From an uncultured Acidobacteriaceae bacterium (GTDB lineage: Bacteria > Acidobacteriota > Terriglobia > Terriglobales > Acidobacteriaceae): a stretch of 64,000 nucleotides of DNA. The notes below the pieces were generated by a model, which worked only from the letters and a program-made list of their open reading frames with translations, was not told the origin of the DNA and searched no databases. Of this stretch, positions 35,563 to 44,402 are shown in pieces. Both the position numbers and the translations under genes were made by a program. The DNA lies in assembly GCA_963845405.1 (NCBI GenBank), contig CAWJRY010000016.1, forward strand, positions 149,112 to 213,111, written 5' to 3'. Within the stretch, counting starts at the first letter, position 1, and the number at the start of each line of letters is the position of its first letter.

Positions 35563-36645
35563 ATGAATACGTCTCCTACCAGCTCGTCCATCGATGAATA
35601 CTTACGCAAGCGCCTGATGCCCGTAGAGGGCGCGATTCCGCAACTGGCCGGAATCGAAATGTACGGGAACTCAATCCCCGCGGGCACGGTCGGCGGAGAC
35701 CTGTTCGAGTACATTAATTTTCAGCAACGCTACAACATCGACGCGCGCATCGCGCGGGCGCTCAAGCTTTCCAGGATTTACCTTGAGCCCCTGGCGCCTG
35801 GGCAGGCGCCGCGCAACCTCGTCGATGATCATGTGCAGTGGCTGGAAAGCAGAGCGACCCCCGAGCTTTCGACGCCCACCGAATACCGAAAAGCGCGGAG
35901 CTCAGAGCAGTTGAGGATTTCCGAGGATCTTCGCGAATTAAAGACAACGGCCGGGGTGCTGCTGGTCGACGCGCAGGGGCACGGAGTTATTTCAGCCAAG
36001 ATTGCCTCGACCGTGCATGACACCTTTCATGCCTTCATGTTGGTCGAACTTGACCGTAACGGAAAGACCACGCCCGGTTTTTTTGAAAGAATCAACCTGA
36101 GGTTGGCGCAGTCGGTCACGGCGCGCAATGCACTGGGGCGCAATCCGGATGACAGCTCGCGCGAAATTGCAACGATGCTGTATGGGGAAATGCGGCCCGA
36201 AGGACTTTTTCGCTTTGTGAATTTCGGTCATCCCCCACCTCTCGTCTTCTCCTACGAATTTCGCAGGTTCGTGGAGATCGATCAGGCTCGCATGGTCCAA
36301 TTTCCTCCCTTGGGACTCGAAATTCCTGAAGATCATCCGGACCGCAATAAATATTTCTCCATCAGCCTTAGAAAGCGCCAGGTGAACCTGTCTGACGTGG
36401 CCGAAATCACCCTGATGAGTCCGGGAGACATTCTGTTCCTGTACACCGACGGTGTCTATGACGGCACCGACGACGAGGAGCGATCACAACTCGAGCGCGT
36501 GATGCGCGAGCACAAAGACCAGTCCGCGCGAGAGATCTGCAATGCGCTACTTGACTATGCGGTAAAACGCGATACGCATCTTCAGCAAATCGGCCAGGCC
36601 GACGTGATCGACGACAAGACGGTGTTCATCATTAAGCGCGTATAG
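35563..36645 (+). CDS. PP2C/SpoIIE-family serine phosphatase
   Basis: GGDLFEY, VDAQGHGV and GDILFLYTDGV motifs. Confidence 0.8.
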   Translation: MNTSPTSSSIDEYLRKRLMPVEGAIPQLAGIEMYGNSIPAGTVGGDLFEYINFQQRYNIDARIARALKLSRIYLEPLAPGQAPRNLVDDHVQWLESRATPELSTPTEYRKARSSEQLRISEDLRELKTTAGVLLVDAQGHGVISAKIASTVHDTFHAFMLVELDRNGKTTPGFFERINLRLAQSVTARNALGRNPDDSSREIATMLYGEMRPEGLFRFVNFGHPPPLVFSYEFRRFVEIDQARMVQFPPLGLEIPEDHPDRNKYFSISLRKRQVNLSDVAEITLMSPGDILFLYTDGVYDGTDDEERSQLERVMREHKDQSAREICNALLDYAVKRDTHLQQIGQADVIDDKTVFIIKRV

Positions 36646-36861
36646 CCCGCCGGACTGAGGTGGGTGGGAACTCGGGAAGTTTTGGTGTGTTCCCGGCTTC
36701 CCCATGTTTCGCCCAGCGCCCACAATCTCCGCATCACAAGAACCTCGCATTACACTTCCAAATTCTTTACGTTTCGTATATACTGAAAGAACAGTAGTGA
36801 ACGAATGAACTGGCTTTATCAAAAACGACGCGCACGAGAAGTGAAGGGAGAGAGGTGAGAA

Positions 36862-37785
36862 ATGATTTCTTCACAATTCACGTTGACCGAAGACTCCATA
36901 GCAAAGCCAGCCTTCGCAGCACACGTTGCGCCTCAAATTGGCCTGGAACAGTACTACAGCGAGGCCGGCCCGGACTACGCAGCATGGAGCCGGGAGTTCA
37001 ATATGCACTTCGGCTACTACCGGGCCGGAGTAAATCCCTTGCAACGGGAAACGATGCTGGAGCAGATGAATGCAGAAGTTTTGGAGCGGCTGAAGTTGGA
37101 AGGCATCGCCGAACCGCAACTCCTGGACCTGGGCTGCGGCCTGGGTGCGACGTTGCGTAGCTTTGCGCGGCGCTTGCCGCAGGCGTGGCTGCTCGGAATT
37201 ACACGCGTACCGTGGCAGGTGGAGCACGCACGCGCCTTGAACCACGTAGCCGGTTGCGGTGAGCGCGTGCGCGTCGTCGAAGCTGATTACGAAGAGACTG
37301 GACTGCCCAGTGCCGGCTACGACGGAGTCCATGCCCTCGAGAGCAGTTGCCACGCCCACGGTGCGGACAAGGGTCCCCTTCTGGCTGAGGCGTACCGCCT
37401 TCTACGGCCAGGTGGCCGCCTTATTGTTGCCGACGGCTTTCTCGAGAGAGATCGGTTCGCCAATTCTTTACAACAGCGCATCTACCGCAAGCTGTGCGAG
37501 TGCTGGGTCATCGAACAGTTGGCGCAGCTTGACCTGTTCAGGGCACAGCTGGAACAGCTAGGTTTTACCGACATCACCGTTGAGCACTTGCAGATGCGTG
37601 TCGCGCCCTCCGTCGCGCACATTCCCTGGGTAACGCTGAAGTTCCTGTTGACCGACGTGGTATTCGGCAAAGGCAAGATGACCCGCGCCCGTTGGAACAA
37701 CGTGCTGGCGCCGGTATTGCTGCCGCTGGTCAGCGCCCCACTTGGCCCTGTGACTTACTGCATGATTACGGCGACCAAGGGTTAG
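36862..37785 (+). CDS. Class I SAM-dependent methyltransferase
   Basis: LLDLGCGLGATL motif I and RLLRPGGRLIV motif. Confidence 0.85.
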   Translation: MISSQFTLTEDSIAKPAFAAHVAPQIGLEQYYSEAGPDYAAWSREFNMHFGYYRAGVNPLQRETMLEQMNAEVLERLKLEGIAEPQLLDLGCGLGATLRSFARRLPQAWLLGITRVPWQVEHARALNHVAGCGERVRVVEADYEETGLPSAGYDGVHALESSCHAHGADKGPLLAEAYRLLRPGGRLIVADGFLERDRFANSLQQRIYRKLCECWVIEQLAQLDLFRAQLEQLGFTDITVEHLQMRVAPSVAHIPWVTLKFLLTDVVFGKGKMTRARWNNVLAPVLLPLVSAPLGPVTYCMITATKG

Positions 37786-37912
37786 ATTTTCCGGAAGGTG
37801 CTTTAGCTTTGTGGAAGGATCGCGCGCACTCCACTAGAATAGGTTTCTGCCGCACGCGATTCTACTGGCTGTTACGGTCTGGCAACGATTTCGCCGTCTC
37901 GGCGGAGTCGGA

Positions 37913-38449
37913 TTGGTCCTGTTAGGAATCGCGGACAACTCCGTCGTCCCGCTTACCGGCAGCATGGACGTTCTCACCATCTGGCTGGCAGCCCGGCATC
38001 GCGAACCGTGGCCTTACTATGCATTCATGGCGACCGTCGGCGCGGTCATCGGCGGTTATATTACTTACCGTCTGGCCCGCAAGGGCGGCAAAGCAGCCAT
38101 GGAGCGCAAGCTCTCGAAACGAAGAGCTGCGAAGGTTTCCAAAGCGTTTGAGCGATGGGGATTCAGTGCGGTCGCTATTCCGGCGATCATGCCGCCGCCA
38201 TTTCCTTTTGTCCCCTTCTTGCTGGCGGCGGGAGCGATGCAGTATTCACAAAAGAAATTTCTGGCCGCGCTGACCGTCGGCCGCGGAATTCGCTACACAA
38301 TCCTTGCCGCATTGGGATTCGTGTACGGCCGCCACATCCTGCGCTTCTTCTCGAAATATTACGAACAATCGTTGGCCATCCTGATCGGCCTGGCAGTCAT
38401 CGGCGGCGTGCTGTCGCTGATTCAATACCTGCGCACAAAGAAATCATAA
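37913..38449 (+). CDS. YqaA/DedA-type (VTT domain) membrane protein
   Basis: ...LLGIADNSVVPL...YRLARKGG... The family-typical RFRRLGGVGL segment lies in-frame upstream of the track start. The true start is therefore probably a non-ATG codon between 37838 and 37913. Confidence 0.75.
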   Translation: MVLLGIADNSVVPLTGSMDVLTIWLAARHREPWPYYAFMATVGAVIGGYITYRLARKGGKAAMERKLSKRRAAKVSKAFERWGFSAVAIPAIMPPPFPFVPFLLAAGAMQYSQKKFLAALTVGRGIRYTILAALGFVYGRHILRFFSKYYEQSLAILIGLAVIGGVLSLIQYLRTKKS

Positions 38450-38522
38450 GTGACGCTGCTTGCGACGTCTCTGCGTTCGGCGCGTTGAATGGCGGCGTTT
38501 GGCGAGGAGTAACGCGGCACAC

Positions 38523-38993
38523 TTAGGCATCCGCCCCCGGTCCTATAGCCACGACAAAATAAGTGGCCGGCGTCGTGCCGACGTTCTTGATCCCGTGCTC
38601 GTCCTTGGAATGAACAAATCCCACGGACCCCGGCCCCATCACATGACTCGTGCCATTGATCGTGAGCTGCACCGTACCTTCCCGGATGAGCCACATTTCG
38701 CTGTGCACGTGATGGTGCGCGGCATGCGGCATCGCGCCCGGCGGCAACGTGGTTTCGTGCACTTCCAGAGACTCGGATGTGGCCAGTTTGCCTTTCAGAA
38801 CCGGGCGGAACTCCGCGCCGTTTTCGCTCGTCATGGGTAGTTCGCTGAACGGGTAGGTAGCCGAGGGAAGGGAGTCGTCTCGGCTCGGCAAACCCTGCTT
38901 CGATAAACTCTGGCTCGGCAACCCTTCTAGATCAACCGCGCTCGCAACCAATCCGGAGAGCAGAAAAAATATTTCTCGTCGAGTGGTCGACAT
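38523..38993 (-). CDS. Secreted cupin-domain protein
   Basis: Tat-like signal MSTTRREIFF, with cupin His motifs HHHVHSE...H. Confidence 0.8.
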   Translation of the reverse strand: MSTTRREIFFLLSGLVASAVDLEGLPSQSLSKQGLPSRDDSLPSATYPFSELPMTSENGAEFRPVLKGKLATSESLEVHETTLPPGAMPHAAHHHVHSEMWLIREGTVQLTINGTSHVMGPGSVGFVHSKDEHGIKNVGTTPATYFVVAIGPGADA

Positions 38994-39224
38994 GGGAGTC
39001 CTCCAGAAAAAATCATCGTTGAGGCGGCATGATAACAGAGGATTCCCGCCGCCCGTCTACACGTTCAATGAGTGGATGGCGAAGCTTGATCAGTCAGCCT
39101 TCACCAAGGGAAATGGGAACGGCGTTTGCCCCACGGAATCCAGTCAATATGGTTCTGGCAAGGACGCTAGGGCAGTGCTAGGCTTTGCTACCGGGCCCCC
39201 CATTCTTGCTTTCAAGGAGGTCGC

Positions 39225-40448
39225 ATGCGATCGGAAAATTTGCGAAGCGCCATTCAAATCTTGGCGGTTGTGCTGTTGTCTTTCGCGTTTGCTCCCAGAT
39301 CTGCGCAGGCGCAGACTTTTACCAAACTAATTGACTTTGTGCAGGGCGGAGCCTTCAACCCTAATGGCGGGATTATTGAAGATCCGGATGGCAATTTGTA
39401 TCTGACCACGCAGTGGGGCAATGCCGTGCAGGGCGTGTCCGGGATGGTCTACAAGACGGATGAATCAGGCGGTGGAGTCGGAGGGTTTTACGGCTTCACG
39501 GGAGGCGTCGACGGAGGTGATCCGCAGGCGGGTTTGTTTCGCGATGCGGACGGCGACCTTTACGGCACGGCCAACGGAGGCGGCGATCCGAACTGCGGAT
39601 GTGGAACCGTATTCAAGCTCGATAGCAAGAGCCACCTCACCGTATTGCATGCCTTCACCGGGGGTTCTGACGGGGCATTTCCAGTGAGCAAGCTGGTCTC
39701 CATCAATGGTGTGCTTTACGGTACGACCTGGTCAGGCGGTACCGGATGTACTACCAATACCAATATCGGATGTGGGGTGATTTTCAAAGTAACCAAGAGC
39801 GGCAAGGAAACGGTACTGTACCGCTTCACGGGTATGAGCGATGGGTCGAACCCTCTCTCTATGATTCGCGACTCGGCGGGGAATCTTTATGGGGTTACGT
39901 GGCAAGGGACGGTCAATGCAGGTACGATCTTCAAACTGGACCCGACTGGTAAGTTTACTGTGCTCTATGCCTTCACGGGCGGCGCTGATGGCGGTAATCC
40001 GCAGGGACGTTTGATCCGCGATGTAAACGGGAACATTCATGGCACCGCGTATGCTGGTGGTGACCTGGGGTGCACTACGATTAGTGTGGGCCCTGGCTGC
40101 GGAGTCGTATTCCGTCTAAGCGCGACCGGTAATTACAAAGTATTGCACCGGTTTACGACGTTGGCAGGAGGCCAGTCTCCCGCAGGCGGTCTTCTCGACG
40201 TCGACGGAGCGTTATATGGCACAACCTACTACGGTGGGTCGGGCTGCTACTTCGGGTGGGGTTGTGGAGTCGTGTACGAGATCGATAGTCACGGCAAGTA
40301 CTCCGTACTATATGCGTTCAACGGCGGCGATGGCATGTTCCCGACAGGAGAACTGATGCTTGGCAACAACGGCAACATCTATGGCACGACTACCTTTGGC
40401 GGTGGCGGTTGTGACGAATGCGGGACAATGTTCGCCATCACGCCGTGA
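39225..40448 (+). CDS. Secreted GloVer (Gloeo_Verruco) tandem-repeat protein
   Basis: Signal peptide followed by about eight repeats of ...LYGTT..GG...GCG[TV][VI]FK[LV]... Confidence 0.75.
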   Translation: MRSENLRSAIQILAVVLLSFAFAPRSAQAQTFTKLIDFVQGGAFNPNGGIIEDPDGNLYLTTQWGNAVQGVSGMVYKTDESGGGVGGFYGFTGGVDGGDPQAGLFRDADGDLYGTANGGGDPNCGCGTVFKLDSKSHLTVLHAFTGGSDGAFPVSKLVSINGVLYGTTWSGGTGCTTNTNIGCGVIFKVTKSGKETVLYRFTGMSDGSNPLSMIRDSAGNLYGVTWQGTVNAGTIFKLDPTGKFTVLYAFTGGADGGNPQGRLIRDVNGNIHGTAYAGGDLGCTTISVGPGCGVVFRLSATGNYKVLHRFTTLAGGQSPAGGLLDVDGALYGTTYYGGSGCYFGWGCGVVYEIDSHGKYSVLYAFNGGDGMFPTGELMLGNNGNIYGTTTFGGGGCDECGTMFAITP

Positions 40449-40486
40449 ACGCAGGCAGAGATGTCAGGCAGACGCCCGTCGCGGAT

Positions 40487-40529
40487 GAGTAATTCGTAAG
40501 GAAATTCAAACTGAAGAAGAGAATAACTC
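40487..40529. repeat. AT-rich hairpin after the GloVer gene
   Basis: GAGTAATTC...GAATAACTC pairs at 8 of 9 positions. It shares GAGTAATT and GGAAATT[TC][GA]AAAC words with the element at 22285-22372. Confidence 0.4.
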
Positions 40530-40690
40530 CTTAAATCATTCATGCCGCCGCGGACGCAGCAGTCGCCGGGTGCGCCATCCTTTCGCGTCCTTTGCGGAAA
40601 GGGCGGGGACGCGATTCCGCCGCCTGCCTGGCTCGCCAGGAATTTTTTCCGCCGCTTTCGTTACAATCAAGACAGTTCCCTGAGACGGCC

Positions 40691-41737
40691 ATGTCCCTGA
40701 CCAAAGCCCAAGCCCTCGAGATGTTCAACTCCGATGACCTGATCGGCATCGGGATGGAGGCCGACGCGGTGCGCCGCAAGATGCATCCCGAAGGAACGGT
40801 CACCTACATCATCGACCGCAACATCAATTACACGAACTTCTGCACAGAATATTGCACCTTCTGCGCCTTTTACCGTCCACTGAAAGGCCCAGCCGCGAAG
40901 GAAGGTTACATCCTCGACTTCGACACCATCTACGACAAGATTCGCGAGACCGTCGAACTTGGAGGCACTGGAGTGCTGATGCAGGGCGGTCTGCATCCCG
41001 ATCTCAAGATTGACTGGCACGAGAAAATGCTGCGCGGAATCAAGGAACGTTTTCCGCAGGTGCATCTGCACTGTTATTCCGCATCGGAGATCATCGCGAT
41101 CGGGGAATATAGCGCCCTGAGTATTCGCGACACGATTCTGCGCCTGCGCGATGCCGGACTCGATTCCATCCCTGGCGGCGGAGCCGAAATTCTCGACGAC
41201 GAAGTCCGCTACAAGATCGCGCGGTTGAAGTGCCTCACGAATGACTGGATCAACGTGCACCGTACCGCGCACCAGATCGGCATGCGCACTACCGCCACCA
41301 TGATGTTTGGCGTCGGCGAAAACTACGAACACCGCATCAACCATCTGCAAGCCCTCTACGACTTGCAGGAAGAGACCGGCGGATTCACCGCGTTCATCCC
41401 GTGGAGCTTTCAGCCGCAACATACCGCCCTCGGTGGCCGTAACTGGGACGAAGCTACCGCGGTTGAATATCTGAAAGTGCTGGCGATTTCCCGCCTGTAT
41501 CTTTCGAACTTTCTCAACGTGCAATCGAGTTGGGTGACGCAAGGCCTGAAAGTCTGCCAGATGGGACTGCGCTTCGGAGGCAACGACGTCGGCTCAGTGA
41601 TGTTAGAAGAAAACGTAGTGAGAGCCGCTGGCGTGACCAATTGCACCACCGAAGAAGAGCTCCGCCGGATCATTCGCGACGCCGGCTTCCGCCCCGCGCA
41701 GCGCGATACGCTGTATCGGCAGTATTTCCTGAATTAG
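40691..41737 (+). CDS. mqnC: Radical-SAM menaquinone (futalosine pathway) enzyme, MqnC/MqnE family (MqnC favoured)
   Basis: VTYIIDRNINYTNFCTEYCTFCAFYR contains the CxxxCxxC cluster. I prefer the ATG at 40691 (MSLTKAQALEMF). The choice between MqnC and MqnE rests on my recollection of family N-termini. Confidence 0.75.
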   Translation: MSLTKAQALEMFNSDDLIGIGMEADAVRRKMHPEGTVTYIIDRNINYTNFCTEYCTFCAFYRPLKGPAAKEGYILDFDTIYDKIRETVELGGTGVLMQGGLHPDLKIDWHEKMLRGIKERFPQVHLHCYSASEIIAIGEYSALSIRDTILRLRDAGLDSIPGGGAEILDDEVRYKIARLKCLTNDWINVHRTAHQIGMRTTATMMFGVGENYEHRINHLQALYDLQEETGGFTAFIPWSFQPQHTALGGRNWDEATAVEYLKVLAISRLYLSNFLNVQSSWVTQGLKVCQMGLRFGGNDVGSVMLEENVVRAAGVTNCTTEEELRRIIRDAGFRPAQRDTLYRQYFLN

Positions 41738-41946
41738 CTTCGCTCTTTTCCTGGTGCGGGCTATTCTAACCGGTGATACACTCGGCGGTGCGTCTGCAAG
41801 CCCGCCAGAAGCGGCGTTTGAAGGCGTGTAGTTTCGGAACGCAGTCCCGCATTGCGCTTTTTTCCCATACCTTTCAAGGCGCCTCGCCCGTCGTTCCCCG
41901 GCCCCGTACGGCTCGCCAAGTCTGAAAATCCGCGGAGGTTCCTTCC

Positions 41947-43725
41947 ATGAAGCACGCTATCTCGACAAAAATATCAAGAGCGATGTTAACGATTGGATCG
42001 ATTGCGCTCGTCCTGTTCGTGGCGGGTTCCTGCGCGTATGCGCAAACTTACACAGTTCTTTACGACTTCGGTACCAAGAATGGAGAGCCATCGGGTGCGT
42101 CGGATTCGGGCATCGTCGCTCAGGGCCGGGACGGCAACATGTATAGCACCGCCCCGGGTACAAAAATGGGCACCGTATTCAAGATCACACCGGCCGGTGC
42201 GTTGACTGTGCTGCATCGCTTCACGGGCACTGACGGCGAGGGTTCCGCGAGCGGCCTCACTCTCGGAACCGATGGGAACTTCTATGGCACGACCGCCGGA
42301 GGCGGAGCCTTCTCCAGCGGGACAATTTTCACGATTTCGCCCACCGGCAAACGCACCACGCTCTACAGCTTTACCGGCTTGGACGACGGCGGCGATCCCG
42401 TAGCGCCTCCCATCGAGGGTATCGATGGCAATTTTTATGGGACCACGGGAACGGGTGGAAGCGTCGGAGCCAACGGCACTGTTTATAAGATCACGCCCGC
42501 CGGAGTATTTAGCACGCTGTTCAGCTTAGGCGGCTCTTTTTTCGGCTTCTCCAACGGCCCTCTGGTACAGGGGAGCGATGGATTCCTTTACGGGACGTCG
42601 ACCTACGGTGGCGTCAATGTCACCCGCGGGATGATTTTCAAAACGACTTTTTCAGGGGACTTTACCGACCTTTTTGATTTTAACTTCGACGACGGCGAGG
42701 CGCCGATCGCTCCCCTGGTCGAGAACAGCGACGGCAACTTTTATGGCGATACCGCCGCAGGCGGAGCCGACCCCGATGGAGTGATTTTCAAAATCACCCC
42801 CACCGGTTCCTTTACTCAGATTCTCAATTTTGGATGTTGCCAGGGCGGGGCTTTCGGCGGCATGGTGCTGGCAACCGACGGAAATTTTTACGGCACGACC
42901 TATGACGGAACCGTCGGCGGAGGCATTTTCCGCCTCACCCCCAGCGGAGAATATACAGTCCTCTACACTTTTACCTGCGCCACAGGCTGTCTTCCGATGG
43001 TAACGCCATTGCAACATACGGACGGCAAGCTCTACGGCGATACCAGTTCGGGTGGCAGCAAGAACCACGGAGTGTTTTACAGTTTTGATTTGGGATTGGC
43101 TCCGTTCGTACGTCTCGTGCCCCAGGCGGCCGCCTACGGGAGCACGGCAGGCATTCTCGGGCAGGGCTTCACCGGTACAACGGGGGTTTCCTTCAATGGA
43201 ACACCTGCGGCCTTCAAAGTATCATCCGACACTTTCCTAACGGCGACCGTACCCGCGGGAGCGACCAGCGGCCCGGTTACCGTGTCGACGCCCGCCGGTG
43301 TGCTCACCAGCAACCGCAGCTTTCTGATTTCTACTGCCGCTGCAAGCCTGAATCTGAGTTCAGTGGCATATCCGACGCCGCCGATGCAAGGAGGACTGGT
43401 TACCTATGCTTTCAAAGTCTGGAATCAGAGTTCTGTCGATGCGGTGCACGAAGTTCTGGTCACGCAAGTGCCAGCGGGCACGACATTCTCCAGTATCGCG
43501 CTGTCGGGAACTGCCGGTCTGGGTTCTTGTACTGCTCCGCCAGTGGGATCGGCGGGCGCCGTTGTCTGCAAGGAGAACAGCGTCATGCGGCCGGGCAGCA
43601 CCTGGACGATACGTCTGACGGTGAAGATTACAGCGCCGGCGGGCACGGTCCTTGCGGAAGGCGCTACCGCCTCGTCGGATAACGCGATCAGCACGACCGC
43701 GACAATGCACAATACGGTTCGCTGA
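41947..43725 (+). CDS. Secreted GloVer-repeat protein with C-terminal IPT/TIG and DUF11-like domains
   Basis: Signal peptide and GloVer repeats (FYGTT..GG..GTIF[KT]I.P.G). These are followed by GFTGTTGVSFNGTPAAF...GPVTVSTPAG (IPT) and a DUF11-like Ig domain. Confidence 0.75.
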   Translation: MKHAISTKISRAMLTIGSIALVLFVAGSCAYAQTYTVLYDFGTKNGEPSGASDSGIVAQGRDGNMYSTAPGTKMGTVFKITPAGALTVLHRFTGTDGEGSASGLTLGTDGNFYGTTAGGGAFSSGTIFTISPTGKRTTLYSFTGLDDGGDPVAPPIEGIDGNFYGTTGTGGSVGANGTVYKITPAGVFSTLFSLGGSFFGFSNGPLVQGSDGFLYGTSTYGGVNVTRGMIFKTTFSGDFTDLFDFNFDDGEAPIAPLVENSDGNFYGDTAAGGADPDGVIFKITPTGSFTQILNFGCCQGGAFGGMVLATDGNFYGTTYDGTVGGGIFRLTPSGEYTVLYTFTCATGCLPMVTPLQHTDGKLYGDTSSGGSKNHGVFYSFDLGLAPFVRLVPQAAAYGSTAGILGQGFTGTTGVSFNGTPAAFKVSSDTFLTATVPAGATSGPVTVSTPAGVLTSNRSFLISTAAASLNLSSVAYPTPPMQGGLVTYAFKVWNQSSVDAVHEVLVTQVPAGTTFSSIALSGTAGLGSCTAPPVGSAGAVVCKENSVMRPGSTWTIRLTVKITAPAGTVLAEGATASSDNAISTTATMHNTVR

Positions 43726-43795
43726 AGCCCGAAGGCAAGATCGTCCGGCTAATGTCGGGGCCCATTTCTCGAGCCCGCGAGGTGTGGGTTCTGAC

Positions 43796-44098
43796 TCACA
43801 GCCGCTGCTTCCAGCATCCGGGCTTTCGCTTGCTGTGCGCCACTGCAACGATGTTCACCGTGTCGGAATCGTCCAGATAGACGACGGAAAAAGGGAAGCG
43901 CTGAAGCACGAAGCGGCGGGTTCCGTAGAGATAGGCTGGCCAGCGCCGGGGCGCACGACCGATACTGTCAAGAGCATCAGACATGGCAGCAATGAATCCG
44001 ATGCTGGCGTCCTCGCTGCGCTGCCGGTACCAATCGTCAGCACCTTCGATTTCCTGCCAGGCAAGTGCGTGGACGCGGTAAGGCTTACTTCGTGCCAT
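43796..44098 (-). CDS. RelE/ParE-family type II toxin
   Basis: 100 aa, with ...RRFVLQRFPFSVVYLDDSDTVNIVAVAHSKRKPGCW typical of ParE/RelE. It overlaps the antitoxin gene by 14 nt. Confidence 0.85.
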   Translation of the reverse strand: MARSKPYRVHALAWQEIEGADDWYRQRSEDASIGFIAAMSDALDSIGRAPRRWPAYLYGTRRFVLQRFPFSVVYLDDSDTVNIVAVAHSKRKPGCWKQRL

Positions 44099-44336
44099 TC
44101 AGTCGATTCGCGAGGCGGAGTCTTACCTCTTCACCGGAAATCATCTCGGCTCTGCCCGCTCGAATGTCATCGACACGGCTCTTGATTTCAGCGGCCCAGG
44201 CCTCTTCGACTCCCTCTTCGGCGGGTTCGTCGTCCAGACTCTTGATCAGGCGGTCGATCAGCAGACCGCGCTCTTGTATGGAAAGCGAGAGCGCTTTTTC
44301 CAGCACTTCGGAAACTTGCGGCGTTATTTGTGCCAT
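44085..44336 (-). CDS. Addiction-module antitoxin (Unstab_antitox-like)
   Basis: MAQITPQVSEVLEKALSLSIQERGLLIDRLIKSLDDEP...EEAWAAEIKSRVDDIRAG is the family-typical pattern. Confidence 0.8.
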   Translation of the reverse strand: MAQITPQVSEVLEKALSLSIQERGLLIDRLIKSLDDEPAEEGVEEAWAAEIKSRVDDIRAGRAEMISGEEVRLRLANRLNGTK

Positions 44337-44402
44337 GACCACCTCACCCATTCATTGTATTTCCAGCCACAAGCGATTGAGCTCACCAGCACCGCATCTC
44401 GC

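Noticed and set aside
40667-41542. 291-aa ORF antisense to mqnC
   Set aside because: It is a shadow ORF. The plus frame carries the radical-SAM CxxxCxxC motif.
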